A stretch of 63,840 nucleotides of DNA, filler included, from Octopus bimaculoides (Eukaryota): NCBI RefSeq assembly GCF_001194135.2. It is 6 parts of 6 records of this genome, joined end to end, with 100 filler letters (N's around TTAATTAATTAA, not from the genome) between each part and the next. Parts side by side here need not be neighbours in the genome. Positions count along the whole stretch, not along the records: positions 39,402 to 54,250 come from NC_068982.1; positions 54,351 to 59,867 come from NC_069005.1; positions 59,968 to 62,724 come from NC_068992.1; positions 62,825 to 63,840 come from NW_026391399.1; 2 more parts are not named here. One strand, given 5' to 3'. How positions within the stretch are numbered: position 1 is the first letter of the stretch; every line of letters begins with the position of its first letter. A model generated the notes under the pieces. It worked only from the letters and a program-made list of their open reading frames with translations. It was not told where the DNA came from and ran no database searches. A program made the position numbers and the translations under genes. Below are positions 52,686 through 63,840 of the stretch, piece by piece.

Positions 52686-52722
<37 letters not shown>

Positions 52723-53519
52723 TACTCACATACATACATACATACATACATACATACATACATACATACATACGTATATGTGTGTATATGTATACTTTGC
52801 GAATTTCTCTATAATCATATAACAATTTCTTACTATTAAATATTTAAGCTATATATCTAGAATTAAGCAAAAATTTGCAAACCTATTGTATTTGTTTTTC
52901 TAAGCACCGACGCAAGTGATGAATAAATATGATATGAAGATAAAGAATATTCTTTAATTACGTTTCTTCCAGAAAATTTGTCGTTACATGTGTGTATGTC
53001 GCTGAAATTAAAAATTTCTGAATGAGATTGCATTTCATAACTTTTGTACGCATGCATGTATGTATCTCTTCCCTCTCTTTCCCTTCTCTATCTCTCTGTC
53101 CCTCACACTCTCTGACTCCGACTTGCTTTCTCTGTCTGTATTTTTTGTTTTCTTTCTTGCATTCTTCCTCTGTATTTTGCATTCCAACTAAATAGCTTAG
53201 TAACTTTATGACACTATTTCTGACACGACATCTAATGAATGTGGTATTTGGTGTCACGAAATATTCTCAACTAGATTTATTATCATAAACTTCCGTTGTT
53301 TTTCGTTTCTCATTAGATTTATTTATTGTTCTTTATTTGGCAAAAAACCATGTCCATATTTTGAACGAAATCTTTATTGCCATTATAGAATGTATGGCCG
53401 TCAGAATTTCTAATTGCCTTTCCCCATAAATCTGTCGAACAACGCCTATATTATTATTATTATTATAATTATAATTATCAATATTATTATCATCGTCATC
53501 ATAAAATCGTTAGTACAGT

Positions 53520-53690
53520 AGAACAAAATACTTAGCGACAGTAATTCTGGTTCTTTGCGTTCTAAGTTCAAATTCCGCTGAACTTTGCCTTTCATTTTTT
53601 CGGGGTTGATAAAACTACCAGTTGAACACTGGGGTAGATCTAATCGACAACTCGCTCTCTCAAAATTTCAGCTCTTTTACCTGTATGCCT
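53520..53690 (+). mobile_element. SINE family B, decayed
   Basis: ttctaagttcaaattccgctgaactttgcctttcat core. Confidence 0.65.
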
Positions 53691-53734
53691 AAAGTGGATA
53701 TTATCATTATCTGGTCAGGCTGTCTATCTGCTGT

Positions 53735-54240
53735 CAACACCCGCTGCATGATGGCCTGGGCATGCCGTGGTTGATGATGCGCTGACATGCGCTAAGGTTA
53801 CGACATCTCCAGTGTTTCTTTGCCGATGAACAGGTGTGGTTGCCGTTCGCCGGACACGCATTTCTCCAGCTGGTCTCGTTAACGGAATTGCATTCTTGGG
53901 TCAAACAGAGACCGAGAAAAGGCATTTGGAAATTGGAATGTCTTCAAGCGCTCACGGCCCTCAGCCATTCGGACACTGCAATAAGTGGAAAGTCCGCCTT
54001 AGATTTCTGTAGAGGATTAGTGGAGGGAAAGTGCGACGCTATTCTTGGGGAGATCTTGGGCGTTGAAGAAGATCATTTAGCCGCTCTCTTCCGAAAAACT
54101 TTCGGCTCGGGACCGATGAATAATTTGCAAAATCCTCTGGCCTGGCAGTGCTTTGCCTGTTTGAAATAAACTATATAGGCACGGAAATGCCGTCAGCCGA
54201 GCATGTCCATGATGCGCGCAAGATAACAAAACCGGGATCT
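53735..54240 (+). mobile_element. L1/Tx1-clade LINE ORF2 C-terminal remnant
   Basis: QHPLHDGLGMPWLMMR*HALRLRHLQ (GGLG.P post-RT motif) continues through ORF 53834-54169, then in a shifted frame LPV*NKLYRHGNAVSRACP*CAQ (zinc-finger lead-in). Confidence 0.68.
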
Positions 54241-54424
54241 TTTTTAAAACNNNNNNNNNNNNNNNNNNNNNNNNNNNNNNNNNNNNNNNNNNNNTTAATT
54301 AATTAANNNNNNNNNNNNNNNNNNNNNNNNNNNNNNNNNNNNNNNNNNNNCATTGTTAGGTTCGCAATGACATACATATATATATATATATATATATATC
54401 TGTAAAAATGTGACACTTATTCAG

Positions 54425-54498
54425 TAGCCATGATAAAACTCCGAGTTTCGGATGCCAGGGTGGGAGCCCACGCCAACATCTCTTCAGTTGTCCGGCCA
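54425..54498 (-). ncRNA. Type I hammerhead ribozyme fold with canonical CUGAAGA/GAAA core
   Basis: Minus strand: UGGCCGGACAA-CUGAAGA-GAUGUUGG(C-GUGG-GCUC-CCAC-C)CUGGCAUC-C-GAA-ACUCGGAGU-U-UUAUCAUGGCUA. Stem I is interrupted and there is one bulged C at the base of stem II. Confidence 0.6.
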
Positions 54499-55109
54499 AT
54501 TGAAAATTCCTGTGAAAAAATGACCGTTAAAAACAAAGGGAAATTACTGTGTAGTGACAAAACGCGTCTAAAACTGCGTATATTATCGCATGCACGCATA
54601 TATCCATATACGCACGCACATATCTCTATATACGCACGCATATATCTACATACGCACGCATCCACGCGCACACTCACAAGCGCGCACATATAAATTTCCT
54701 TGTACGTGTTTGGAGGGGAGAAAACAGAAAACTATATGTATGTAGTTTTCTGACTACATTGCTCCGGTATTTAGTTACGTTCCTCGTCTTCTCATGATAC
54801 TGCAGTGCTGAGAAAAATCCAAGGCAGGAGCTTCTACGTGGGTCTTAGAATTACTAGAAATAGCAACCTAACGATTGCATTGATTTCAGTATATAGCTGA
54901 TATATCTTTCATCGAACTCCCGTCATGTTATAAGCGAAGAAACCTCAATCGTATTTGAAGTGAGAACTTAGACGCATAAAATAAATACGCTATTTATAAC
55001 TTTGTTTCCATGAGTAACAGCGTCTAGCTTGACCTGCTAGAAATGGCAGCCATATCCCCTTTGAAAAGAAAACACGGATAATCGTTTGAAATGTAGGCCA
55101 GCGATTTTG

Positions 55110-55325
55110 GGGGTGATTAATCGATTAAATCGACAACCGCCGTTGTACTCCATGCTCTACTTCTGATTTTGTGGCGGGGCTCGAACACTGATATTTTGAA
55201 TTTTATCAACCTCGGAAAGATGAAGAACGAAGTTAACATAAGCGCAGTTTGAACTCATAATATTTAGAGCCTGAAAAATTACTGCAAGGCATATTGTCCG
55301 ACACTTTAACGGTTCCGCCAATCCA
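55110..55325 (-). mobile_element. SINE family B, decayed
   Basis: Reverse complement of the family B core. Confidence 0.6.
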
Positions 55326-55369
55326 CTGAACTTGGAAACATTATACATTGTCTGAAAAATATAAAAAGA

Positions 55370-55520
55370 TGACAATTGCAGCGTGGAAGGTGTTTATAAG
55401 CCATTTAAGAAACACACAAAAACCTTTAGATTCACTTCAACATTTAAATTTAATTTGCCAATATATTTTCGTCGCTTTGAGACCGCGACCTGTTCACTGA
55501 CAAATTTCCGTGCTGCATCT
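55370..55520 (-). mobile_element. Second copy of the Penelope-like terminal repeat, with hammerhead fold at 55454-55504
   Basis: Highly similar to 26455-26600. Confidence 0.7.
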
Positions 55521-55879
55521 CAAAAAGATGGTTTGATTAAGATTTAAACGGGTTTGATATTCGCTTTTGTTCAGTGAGTGCTGACCTTGGGATAAAAAAA
55601 AAAAACAATAAGGAAGAGTATAATGGTTAATGCAGCCCAAACTACACTATGTGTGGGAAAATGACGCGATTGTCACGGTTGGAATCCCTTTCAGTCCGCT
55701 GGATCAAGGCTAAACCAAAATAACAAAGATACATTTAGTAATGTAACTCTTAAAATACTTTATACTTGACTAACTGACGAGATGGTCATGGTTGGAATAT
55801 TTCTGATCATAGGTCTATTAGATCAGGGCTGACATGGAATTATGCAACAACAGAAACGAGAACGGCACTGTTAGAAACC

Positions 55880-55921
<42 letters not shown>

Positions 55922-55954
55922 GTCTCTATCTCTCTCTCTGTCTCTCTGTTATAG

Positions 55955-56170
55955 TCGTGGCCGATGCCAGTGTCACGTAACTGGCACCCGTGCCGAGACC
56001 ACGTACAAAGCACCCATTACACTTTTGAAGTGGTTGGCGTTAGGAAAGGCATCCAGCCAAATCAGACTGGAACGTGATGCAGCTCTCCTGCTTACCAGCT
56101 TCAGCCAAACCGTCTAACCCATGCCAACATGGAAAGCAGACGTTAAATGATAAATGATTATGATGATGGT
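55955..56170 (+). mobile_element. SINE family D
   Basis: gtggttggcgttaggaaaggcatccagcc...catggaaagcagacgttaaatgat with GAT tail. Confidence 0.7.
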
Positions 56171-57114
56171 GTTTGCTTGACAATGATTGAAGACAATTCA
56201 TAGGAGCTACTGTCTCAGTCTAATTCCCGTATAACCTCTACATCCAATTTCTACAGGAAAGTATACTGCTCTTTACAGCCGTCTAATAGCATCTCACAAC
56301 CCTCGTCTTTCCAAACCTGAACAGCATCCATATAGTCTTCAGGTGTTGGAATAAATAATTCAACGAAGTGTACTATTTTATGTCCGTCGCATCAGATTGT
56401 CATACAAAACTTCATCTTTCACACCTTAAAAAGAGGCCTTTGTGCCTTAAGAAGTCTGCTGCTACCTCTCAAACTCCATCCCAGTTCTCGTCGTTTATAG
56501 CTTTCTCCTTCTACTTCAGGAAACCATCTTGACCCTGGCGAACAAACGAAATAAACCGTTTACTGCCATGCATGCCTTTATAGCAGTTTCAAGGGAGATA
56601 ACTCTAGTTAATTAAACGTACATTAAGGGAAATAACTAAGCAATGATAAGCCCTAAAGGGAGATAATTGTAACATTTTTATTTTTTTATCTTTTTAAAAT
56701 AATTTTATTATGATGGGAAAGAGTCAGCGAAGTTCTTTGATTCCACTATAATATATTACTGGTATTAAGTGTGCCTGTAATCATAATGCATTATAGATGA
56801 ATAGTTCGAACTGAAGTTTCGATCCCATTTTGCGGGATATAAGTAACCTTTAACCTAGCCTCTCACATGGACAGTACTTGCAATTTAAGGTCAAACTTTA
56901 TCTCTCACATACTGTATCAGGACACTGGCTCGGCCCGAGAATTATTTCAAGTGTTCACATCTGAGGAATACTCACCCACTTACATACTAATGCATGAGTG
57001 GTTAGTTTAGTTGATTGAACAACTGGACACTCATCGTCAAAATCCGACCGAGATTCATTTCTACCCCCATATCGGTCATAATGTCACGGTACAGCTATTA
57101 TGTGAGATTTTTAT

Positions 57115-57500
57115 CTTTTTTTTTCATCTGCTTCAGTCATTAGACTGCGGCCATGCTAGAGCACCGCCTTGAAGAGCTTTTTTAATCGAACGAATCGACC
57201 ACAGTACATTTTTTTTTTTTAATCTGATACTTACTCTGTCGGGTACTTTTTGCTGAACGGCTAAATAATGGGGGGGACATAAACAAACCACTGCCGGCTG
57301 TCAAGCGGTGGTGGGAGACAAACACACACACACGCACGCACACACACAGGTATTCGCAGTACTTTCAGTTTCTATCTACCAAATCCACTCACAAGGCTTT
57401 GGTCAACCCAAGGCTATAGTAGAAAATACTTGCCCAAGGTGCTATGCCCTGGGAGTAAACCCAAAACCATGTGGCTGGGTAGCAAGCTTCTTACCACAAA
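57115..57500 (-). mobile_element. SINE family A
   Basis: Reverse complement of head and tail with internal (CA)n. Confidence 0.78.
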
Positions 57501-58225
57501 TGTCTAAATCATAAAAGAAAATATTTCATCATATCATAAGATGTGTAATATCCAATCAATATTCACAATTGTATATTTATTCTACTGTGTATCTAACTTG
57601 GTAAGTTTATTTATTATATATGTGTAGGATTTGAGTTGTTTTGATTTTATCAAGTTTCAGCTCATGAGCTGTGGTAAAATTTATAAAATTTATATAATTT
57701 TACCATTTATTTATTGTATGATTCCTTCAAGACTTGATGGCTGAGCTAAATGTTAATGGTGTCAGTTTAGCCTTAGCCAGGAACAAAAATAGCAGTTTTC
57801 ATTATCAGCTTCATCAATTTTTTTAATGACCCTTTTCTATGCTTGCAAGGATGAGATGAAGTTTATTGAAGTAGATCTTCAATGGCCAGAGGCCCTGCCT
57901 GTTGTCAACCCTCACCTGTTTCGAAGCAAGGTAATATTTCCCCATGGCCAGACATGTTTTTGAAGGATATTTGAAATGAATGACCCTGCTTATATGACAG
58001 TGATGCTCATTTACATCTATCACATGATGTCAAGACAAGGAAACTCAAACACACACACACTCACATACATACATACATACATACATACGTACGTACATAC
58101 ATACATACATACATACATGCATACACACTGTTTGTATTGGTACTCCAGTAAATATTGTCTGGAACCATCAACCTTAGGCTATCATTTAGATAAATTTGTA
58201 CTAAAGATTAAAGAATATTGTTAAG

Positions 58226-58447
58226 CATGTCCTGTATGTTCACCATCATCAATTCACCACAGGGAAAGTTCACCATCATCAATTCACCATTTTTTTTCAA
58301 TAAAATAGTTTTTAAATATTAATGGAAAGATAGTATGGATATATTTTCTCGATAAACTTGCCTTGCGGTGAACTTTCCTCATGGTGAATTTTCTTCACGG
58401 TGAATTGATGGCAATGAACTTGCCTATGATGAACTTACCTGTAACCG
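58226..58447. mobile_element. Small element with inverted arrays of TTCACC motifs and a possible 8-bp TSD
   Basis: Left half has repeated ttcacc, right half repeated ggtgaa; TTGTTAAG lies on both flanks (58218-58225 and 58448-58455). Termini pair only weakly. Confidence 0.5.
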
Positions 58448-58827
58448 TTGTTAAGATGGTCCACTTGAACAAAGAAAAAGCTTGTCTGCTAAAAAGCTGT
58501 ATGTTGCTCAGGTGAATACTTAATTGAATGTGGTCTAACATGAGTATATATTATTTTTTATGGCTTATTCAGATAAAGGAGTGTATAAAGATTATTCAGC
58601 TTGGGGCTAAAGTGGAAGACAGTTGTCTAATGTGCCAAGCAGTGGAATTGAATCCCAGACCAAATGGTTATGAAGTGAACTTCTGAACCATTGAGCCATA
58701 CCTGCATCTACCACACATAGGATATGTTCCTTTTTAGCATCGACAGCTTTAATATAAATTAAGTACTAAAAACCAGTACTTTTTAGCAATGGGTGCACAT
58801 TATTTGCAGCTGGTGTTCACTTCTAAA

Positions 58828-59560
58828 AGTAGCAATGTGTAATATTGTATTGTTGACTTTCAACCTAGGTCAGTTTAATGATCAAAGTATAACAGCCATG
58901 GCTATTTCCTCTTATGCAGTAATTAAGCCATAACTGAACACATGTACAGTTAAAGACACTCCAGTCTTGTCCATCAATCCTAATGTGTCTTGTCATTTAT
59001 TCAGACATAAAGTAGCAATATGTAATATAGAGTTGACATTCAGCCCAGCTCTGATCAGTTTAATGATCAAAATATTCCATCCATGACTATTTCATCTGAT
59101 GTAGTAATTAAGCTCTAACTGAACAGACATACAATTAAAGACATTCCAATCTTGCCCATCCAATCCTAATGTGTCTTGTCATTTTTTCAAGCATAGAGTT
59201 TCGAGGACTACATTTTTTAATATGTCCCATCTTTTATTGAGACACAGTGTATCAAAGGTAACATTATCTGTCCTCTTATTCAGACATAGCATGTCTAGGC
59301 TATATTATTTAATGTGTTCTGCATCTTGGACTACGTTATCTAAAGTGTCTTGTCTTTTATTCATACACAGTATATCTAGGACAACATTATGTAATGTATC
59401 CTCTCTTTTATTCAGACATAGTATATCTAGGACTACATTATGCAATGTGACCTGTCTTTTATTCAGACATAGTATATCTAGGACTACATTATGTAATATG
59501 ATTTACTTTTTGTTTTGCTCTTTCAGGCATGGCGTATCTAAGACTACCTTAATGACAATG
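58828..59560. repeat. Two ~183-bp tandem units followed by a 51-bp minisatellite
   Basis: agtagcaat at 58828 and 59011; tatatctagg at 59371, 59422 and 59473. Confidence 0.85.
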
Positions 59561-59826
59561 TGTGCTTCCTATATATTTTAAATACAGCAGGATGCAAGTT
59601 AAGGGGGTTTGGGCTGCTATCACTACTACACCATGTAGCTACATAGAGGCTTCCTTGTTTGCATCAGCATATAATAAAGAGGTTCACATACATAACAACA
59701 ACAATATAGTAATATACAAAACCCTTTTATTATTATTATTTATCAAATGAATTTCTCTTCACCCCTCTTCTTCATATCATAGTATCACATTATATCATAT
59801 CATATCATATATATATATACATATAT

Positions 59827-59867
<41 letters not shown>

Positions 59868-60699
59868 NNNNNNNNNNNNNNNNNNNNNNNNNNNNNNNNN
59901 NNNNNNNNNNNTTAATTAATTAANNNNNNNNNNNNNNNNNNNNNNNNNNNNNNNNNNNNNNNNNNNNTTATATATAGTATGTAATACTGTAATAAACAAG
60001 GTTTGTCGACGTAAAATTATCGATTTTTACTTTAGCGTTTATATATATATATATTCATTATTCGAAATTAGGTCAATTAAGTCGTCTGACACTATGTCCT
60101 GCTTAGCTATTATTTTTTACTATTAATTCTTACCTGTATTCACCTGATCATAATGATTTTGGGGATGATGTAACACTTTTGTTCATCAAAAGCAAACACC
60201 TTCGAAACAGGTGTAGTAACATGCAACCCACGTATGTGTGTTGAGTGTGTATATATATATATATATGTATGTATGTATGTACGTACGTATGTATGTATTT
60301 TCGAGAATTTGTTGTGGATGAAATGCTTATATGAAAAGCATTTGAAAAATGATGTGGAGATAGAGAACTTTTGAGAACTGACATCCTGGTGAAGAAAAAT
60401 GTTATGTAATTGTGAGTGTGTTCCTCTTTGTTGGGACTGAAATGTGTGAGAAGTGGAAATTCCAGAAATTATTTGAAAATACTTGAGATTTAACGGCACA
60501 GAAGAGTAAGTTCTGATGGTTGAAATCAATAACCATCTGAATCGGAAATTGCAGTTTGATATAGCTATATTATATCACTCAGTGCAACGGCGTTTCTTTG
60601 GATTAGTTCTACAATCTCTCTATAGAGTGTAACAAACTTATAAATACTTAGAAGAAATACTTCATCATTTTTCAACTCTGATTTTTTTAGATTTACTAA

Positions 60700-61110
60700 C
60701 TGTTGTGGCTGAAGCTATCTTGAAGATAAACATGTTTTCCAGTATTTTTACCGTTTGTGTTTACCAAGAGCTAGGCAGAGATCCAGCATTTATAAGGAAC
60801 TTGTTATACTTGAAGTGCAAATTGCTTGTGGTTCCCTATGCACTAATGAATTTGAATTTCCCATTGTATATTGATAAAGTGAAGTTTGGCAAGGCTATAT
60901 TGGTATATAATTTCCAGATATCTGTTAATATAAGTGAGATTAAGGAACCAAGTTTCTGTTCCATCAACATAGGAGAGGGTGATGTTGGAGATGAGAGGAA
61001 AAGGTCATTGAGATAAGAGAAGATTAGTGTAGTGGACGAAACTGAACCCTAAAGATCAACAGCCTTGTAGTAGAGAGGTTTCCATTAGCGTGATATGTAT
61101 TGCAGCGATC
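60700..61110 (-). mobile_element. CR1/L2-group LINE RT remnant
   Basis: Minus strand VDL*GSVSSTTLIFSYLNDL (QGSVL..LF..YINDL relic), then frameshifted LSYVDGT (YADD relic). Confidence 0.55.
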
Positions 61111-61829
61111 TCATTAAGAGTCAATGGTCCAAGAAAATTAAGACTGATTCATTCACGGTCTTATGGTTTATGTAAGAGATTTGCATACCTATGAATGTGA
61201 AAAATCTTGCTGATATGACGTGAAACAGCAAAGAGCATTTTCAGTGAAAAGGCTAAACGGTACTTTTTGTATATTTGGCTTTATGAAAGTCTAGTTTATG
61301 CTTATTTAGAAGTGAGGAAGATTAAAAGTGATCGGCGAGTGCTTATTTTCTGATTAGATTTGAACTTGGTTTTCTTCTCAAATCATCAAGCAAACTAGAT
61401 CGATGGGGGTGGGGGTGGACATTCAAAATGGTCTATATTGTCTCCGAGTAATTTCAGTTGAAACTATAGTTCTGTATACATTACCATATCACGTTTCTAC
61501 AGTTTGTTATTTCCCCTAATATAATTTAAATGTTTCAACACAGATTAATATCCCATGTCATTTTATTTTGATGCAGCCTTTTTGCAACGTTTTACACTCG
61601 TGGACCATTATATCAAATCAATAATTGCCAACATTCAAGTTTTGAATGTATTCGAATGTGGTGTTGTTAACACATGTATTATAAATTACAGTATTATAAA
61701 TCCTTCTATTTAGTGTTATTGTTTTTTTTTTGATAGCTTATTGCAGAACATCATCATGAAAATATTACGGTTAAAAGTAAAACATGTATTAAATCCATAC
61801 ACGCCCTCCATTGGAAAGTTTAGACAGTG

Positions 61830-62130
61830 TCACGTGACAACTGGCTGGGGCTGCCTGCTGGTGCCTAGCAGCAAGTACTTAAAGAGAAATTTGACAAGAC
61901 TGTCAGTCGGCCGCTGACACTTGTTGACGCTGCATCGAAGAGGCCAGAGAACGGAAGAAAGAAGACATGCACTCAACACCAGAGCTGAAGACACTTCCGA
62001 AAGGAGGGGCCCCGCCACGTCAAAACGGCAGAGGAGTAGGGGCTGAAACCGGACGTGGTTCCTCCTGATGATGTCTTCAGCTACCTGGATCCTATAAAGG
62101 AGCTGTTGTGGTAGCAGACCACGAAACATG
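61830..62130 (-). mobile_element. Probable L1/Tx1 ORF2 extreme C-terminal fragment
   Basis: GC-rich island whose ORF (VAEDIIRRNHVRF...VLWPLRC...LVKFLFKYLL) resembles the region downstream of the Tx1 zinc finger. Confidence 0.45.
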
Positions 62131-62647
62131 GTTGAAATTCTTGCACTTAAATTACATTAAGATTTACTTAAAGGTACTTCAGACCCCGACAAATTTATTA
62201 TATAGAATCCACATGCTAACTTATAGTCTACGTCGCATTCTAAAATAGTAAATGTTTAATAACTTCAGTGTATAATTGTTTAATACTGAGTTCTACTAAG
62301 ACACGCTTCTAATTATTATCGCGACAGTTGTTAGTCTATCGAATCCAACTAAATTTTAAGCCATCACATACAATATTAATGAATGATGATAAGAAATTCT
62401 GTTTCAATGAAAATTTTGATTTGAAAGTAAGTTAAATGAGCAGGCTTAGCGGTTGTAACAACATGTTTAAATGTAACCTGTTTCCGTAGATTCAATACTA
62501 TTGGCATAAATATTTTGGTATAGCGCAATCAATATTGTTATAATCAAACATCTCCATTTTCTACTTTTATATATTATATAATTTCCATGTGCATTTTATA
62601 TGTGCCCTTTGTATACATACATATTTACATACATACCTATATACATA

Positions 62648-62724
<77 letters not shown>

Positions 62725-62824
62725 NNNNNNNNNNNNNNNNNNNNNNNNNNNNNNNNNNNNNNNNNNNNTTAATTAATTAANNNNNNNNNNNNNNNNNNNN
62801 NNNNNNNNNNNNNNNNNNNNNNNN

Positions 62825-63470
62825 GATAGTGACTGGTAATGAGAAATGGGTTCTCTACAAAAATGTCAAGTGCCATAGACATTGGGTGGCGAAAGCAGAA
62901 GCACCAGCACCCCAGGGTAAAGAAGATCTTCAACCACATAAGTTGCTATTAAATGTTGATGAGATATGAAAAGTTGAGTCTATTTTGTACTTTTAAACCC
63001 AAACCAAACGATAACAAAGGAGATCTACTGTGAGCAGTGTGAGCGGCTAAAGTCAGCGACAGGAGGAAAACGACCATCTTTTGTTTCAAGGCGAAAGTTA
63101 TTCTTCCATCAGGATAACACTCGGTCACATACAGCGAGCATGACATTCCAAAGGCTGGAATAGTTTGAATGAGAAACGATGCCCCACGCATCATATTTGA
63201 TGGACATTGCCTCATCTGATTATCATTTATTTCGCAGTCTTCAAAATCAATATTTAGACAAAGTCAGACCAGTAATGGAGGAGTATTTTTAATCCTGGAC
63301 AAGTGAATTTTGGAAGAGGCGACTTGCAAGTCTACCAGATAGATAGAAGAGCATTGTAGAAAATGAAGGAGAATATCTTTTAGATTAAAAGAAAGTACTT
63401 TGTTTATCTTAATTTTGAAAAATATAAGTATAAAAATCTGCTTTATTTATGAGATGACAGCAAAAAGTCC
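62825..63470 (+). mobile_element. Mariner DD34D transposase relic (5' end lost in gap)
   Basis: IVTGNEKWVLYKN, FFHQDNTRSHTA, MPHASYLMDIASSDYHLFRSLQN (34 residues between the second and third Asp) and ENEGEYLLD*. Confidence 0.9.
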
Positions 63471-63840
63471 AGTAGTATTTAAGTCCATACTGTTGATGAC
63501 ATTAGATAGCCGAATACAGTGAACGGGCTTTAAACAGTATTTTACAAGATGTATACTCAAACTGAAAATCCTTACTTGTGTGTGTGTTTGTGTGTGAGTG
63601 TGTGTGTGTGAGTGTGTGTGTGAGTGTGTGTGTGTGCAAGAGTGTACATACAGAACTTAAATACAAGAAAACTCACTAAGGACCATGCTTCATTGTATTC
63701 ATTCTCTAGTGTCCTAACATTGAACATTGTTATGACATGTCCACAAGAAGTCAGTGGACGTATTTCGTGTACAAGAAGTGGGATAGAGAGCAGTTTTCAG
63801 TCAGAGTTCTTCATAGAATGGACCGGATGTATTTACCATG

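Noticed and set aside
53735-54240. Bacterial contamination or horizontal gene transfer for the GC-rich ORF
   Set aside because: Contains in-frame stops and Tx1/L1-type motifs; better explained as a LINE fragment.

Overview
AT-rich, microsatellite-saturated eukaryotic draft scaffold, about 11% N with roughly 20 gaps, five of them artificial 100-bp spacers. Repeat families and simple-repeat density suggest a cephalopod (Octopus-like) genome; that is inference. No host protein-coding gene could be identified with confidence, and nearly all supplied ORFs are microsatellite or N-gap artefacts. The window is mainly decayed mobile elements. Retroelements: a Ty3/Gypsy gag-protease-RT remnant, two restriction-like-endonuclease LINE remnants (HERO-like and R4-like), and Tx1/L1, CR1/L2 and RTE fragments. 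DNA transposons: DD37D (maT) and DD34D mariner relics, plus intact MITEs with target-site duplications (hAT, Tc1/mariner, piggyBac-like, Merlin-like). At least four SINE families are also present. The best lead is a set of minus-strand minimal type I hammerhead ribozyme folds in Penelope-like repeats. One has a compensatory G3:C8 core swap and a palindromic, dimer-type stem III (26539-26589, with a mutated copy at 55454-55504); another has a canonical core (54425-54498). A CpG-poor versus CpG-rich domain structure suggests methylated gene bodies flanking a CpG-rich promoter near 5.6-5.9 kb. All motif calls were made by eye, and SINE and remnant boundaries are approximate.
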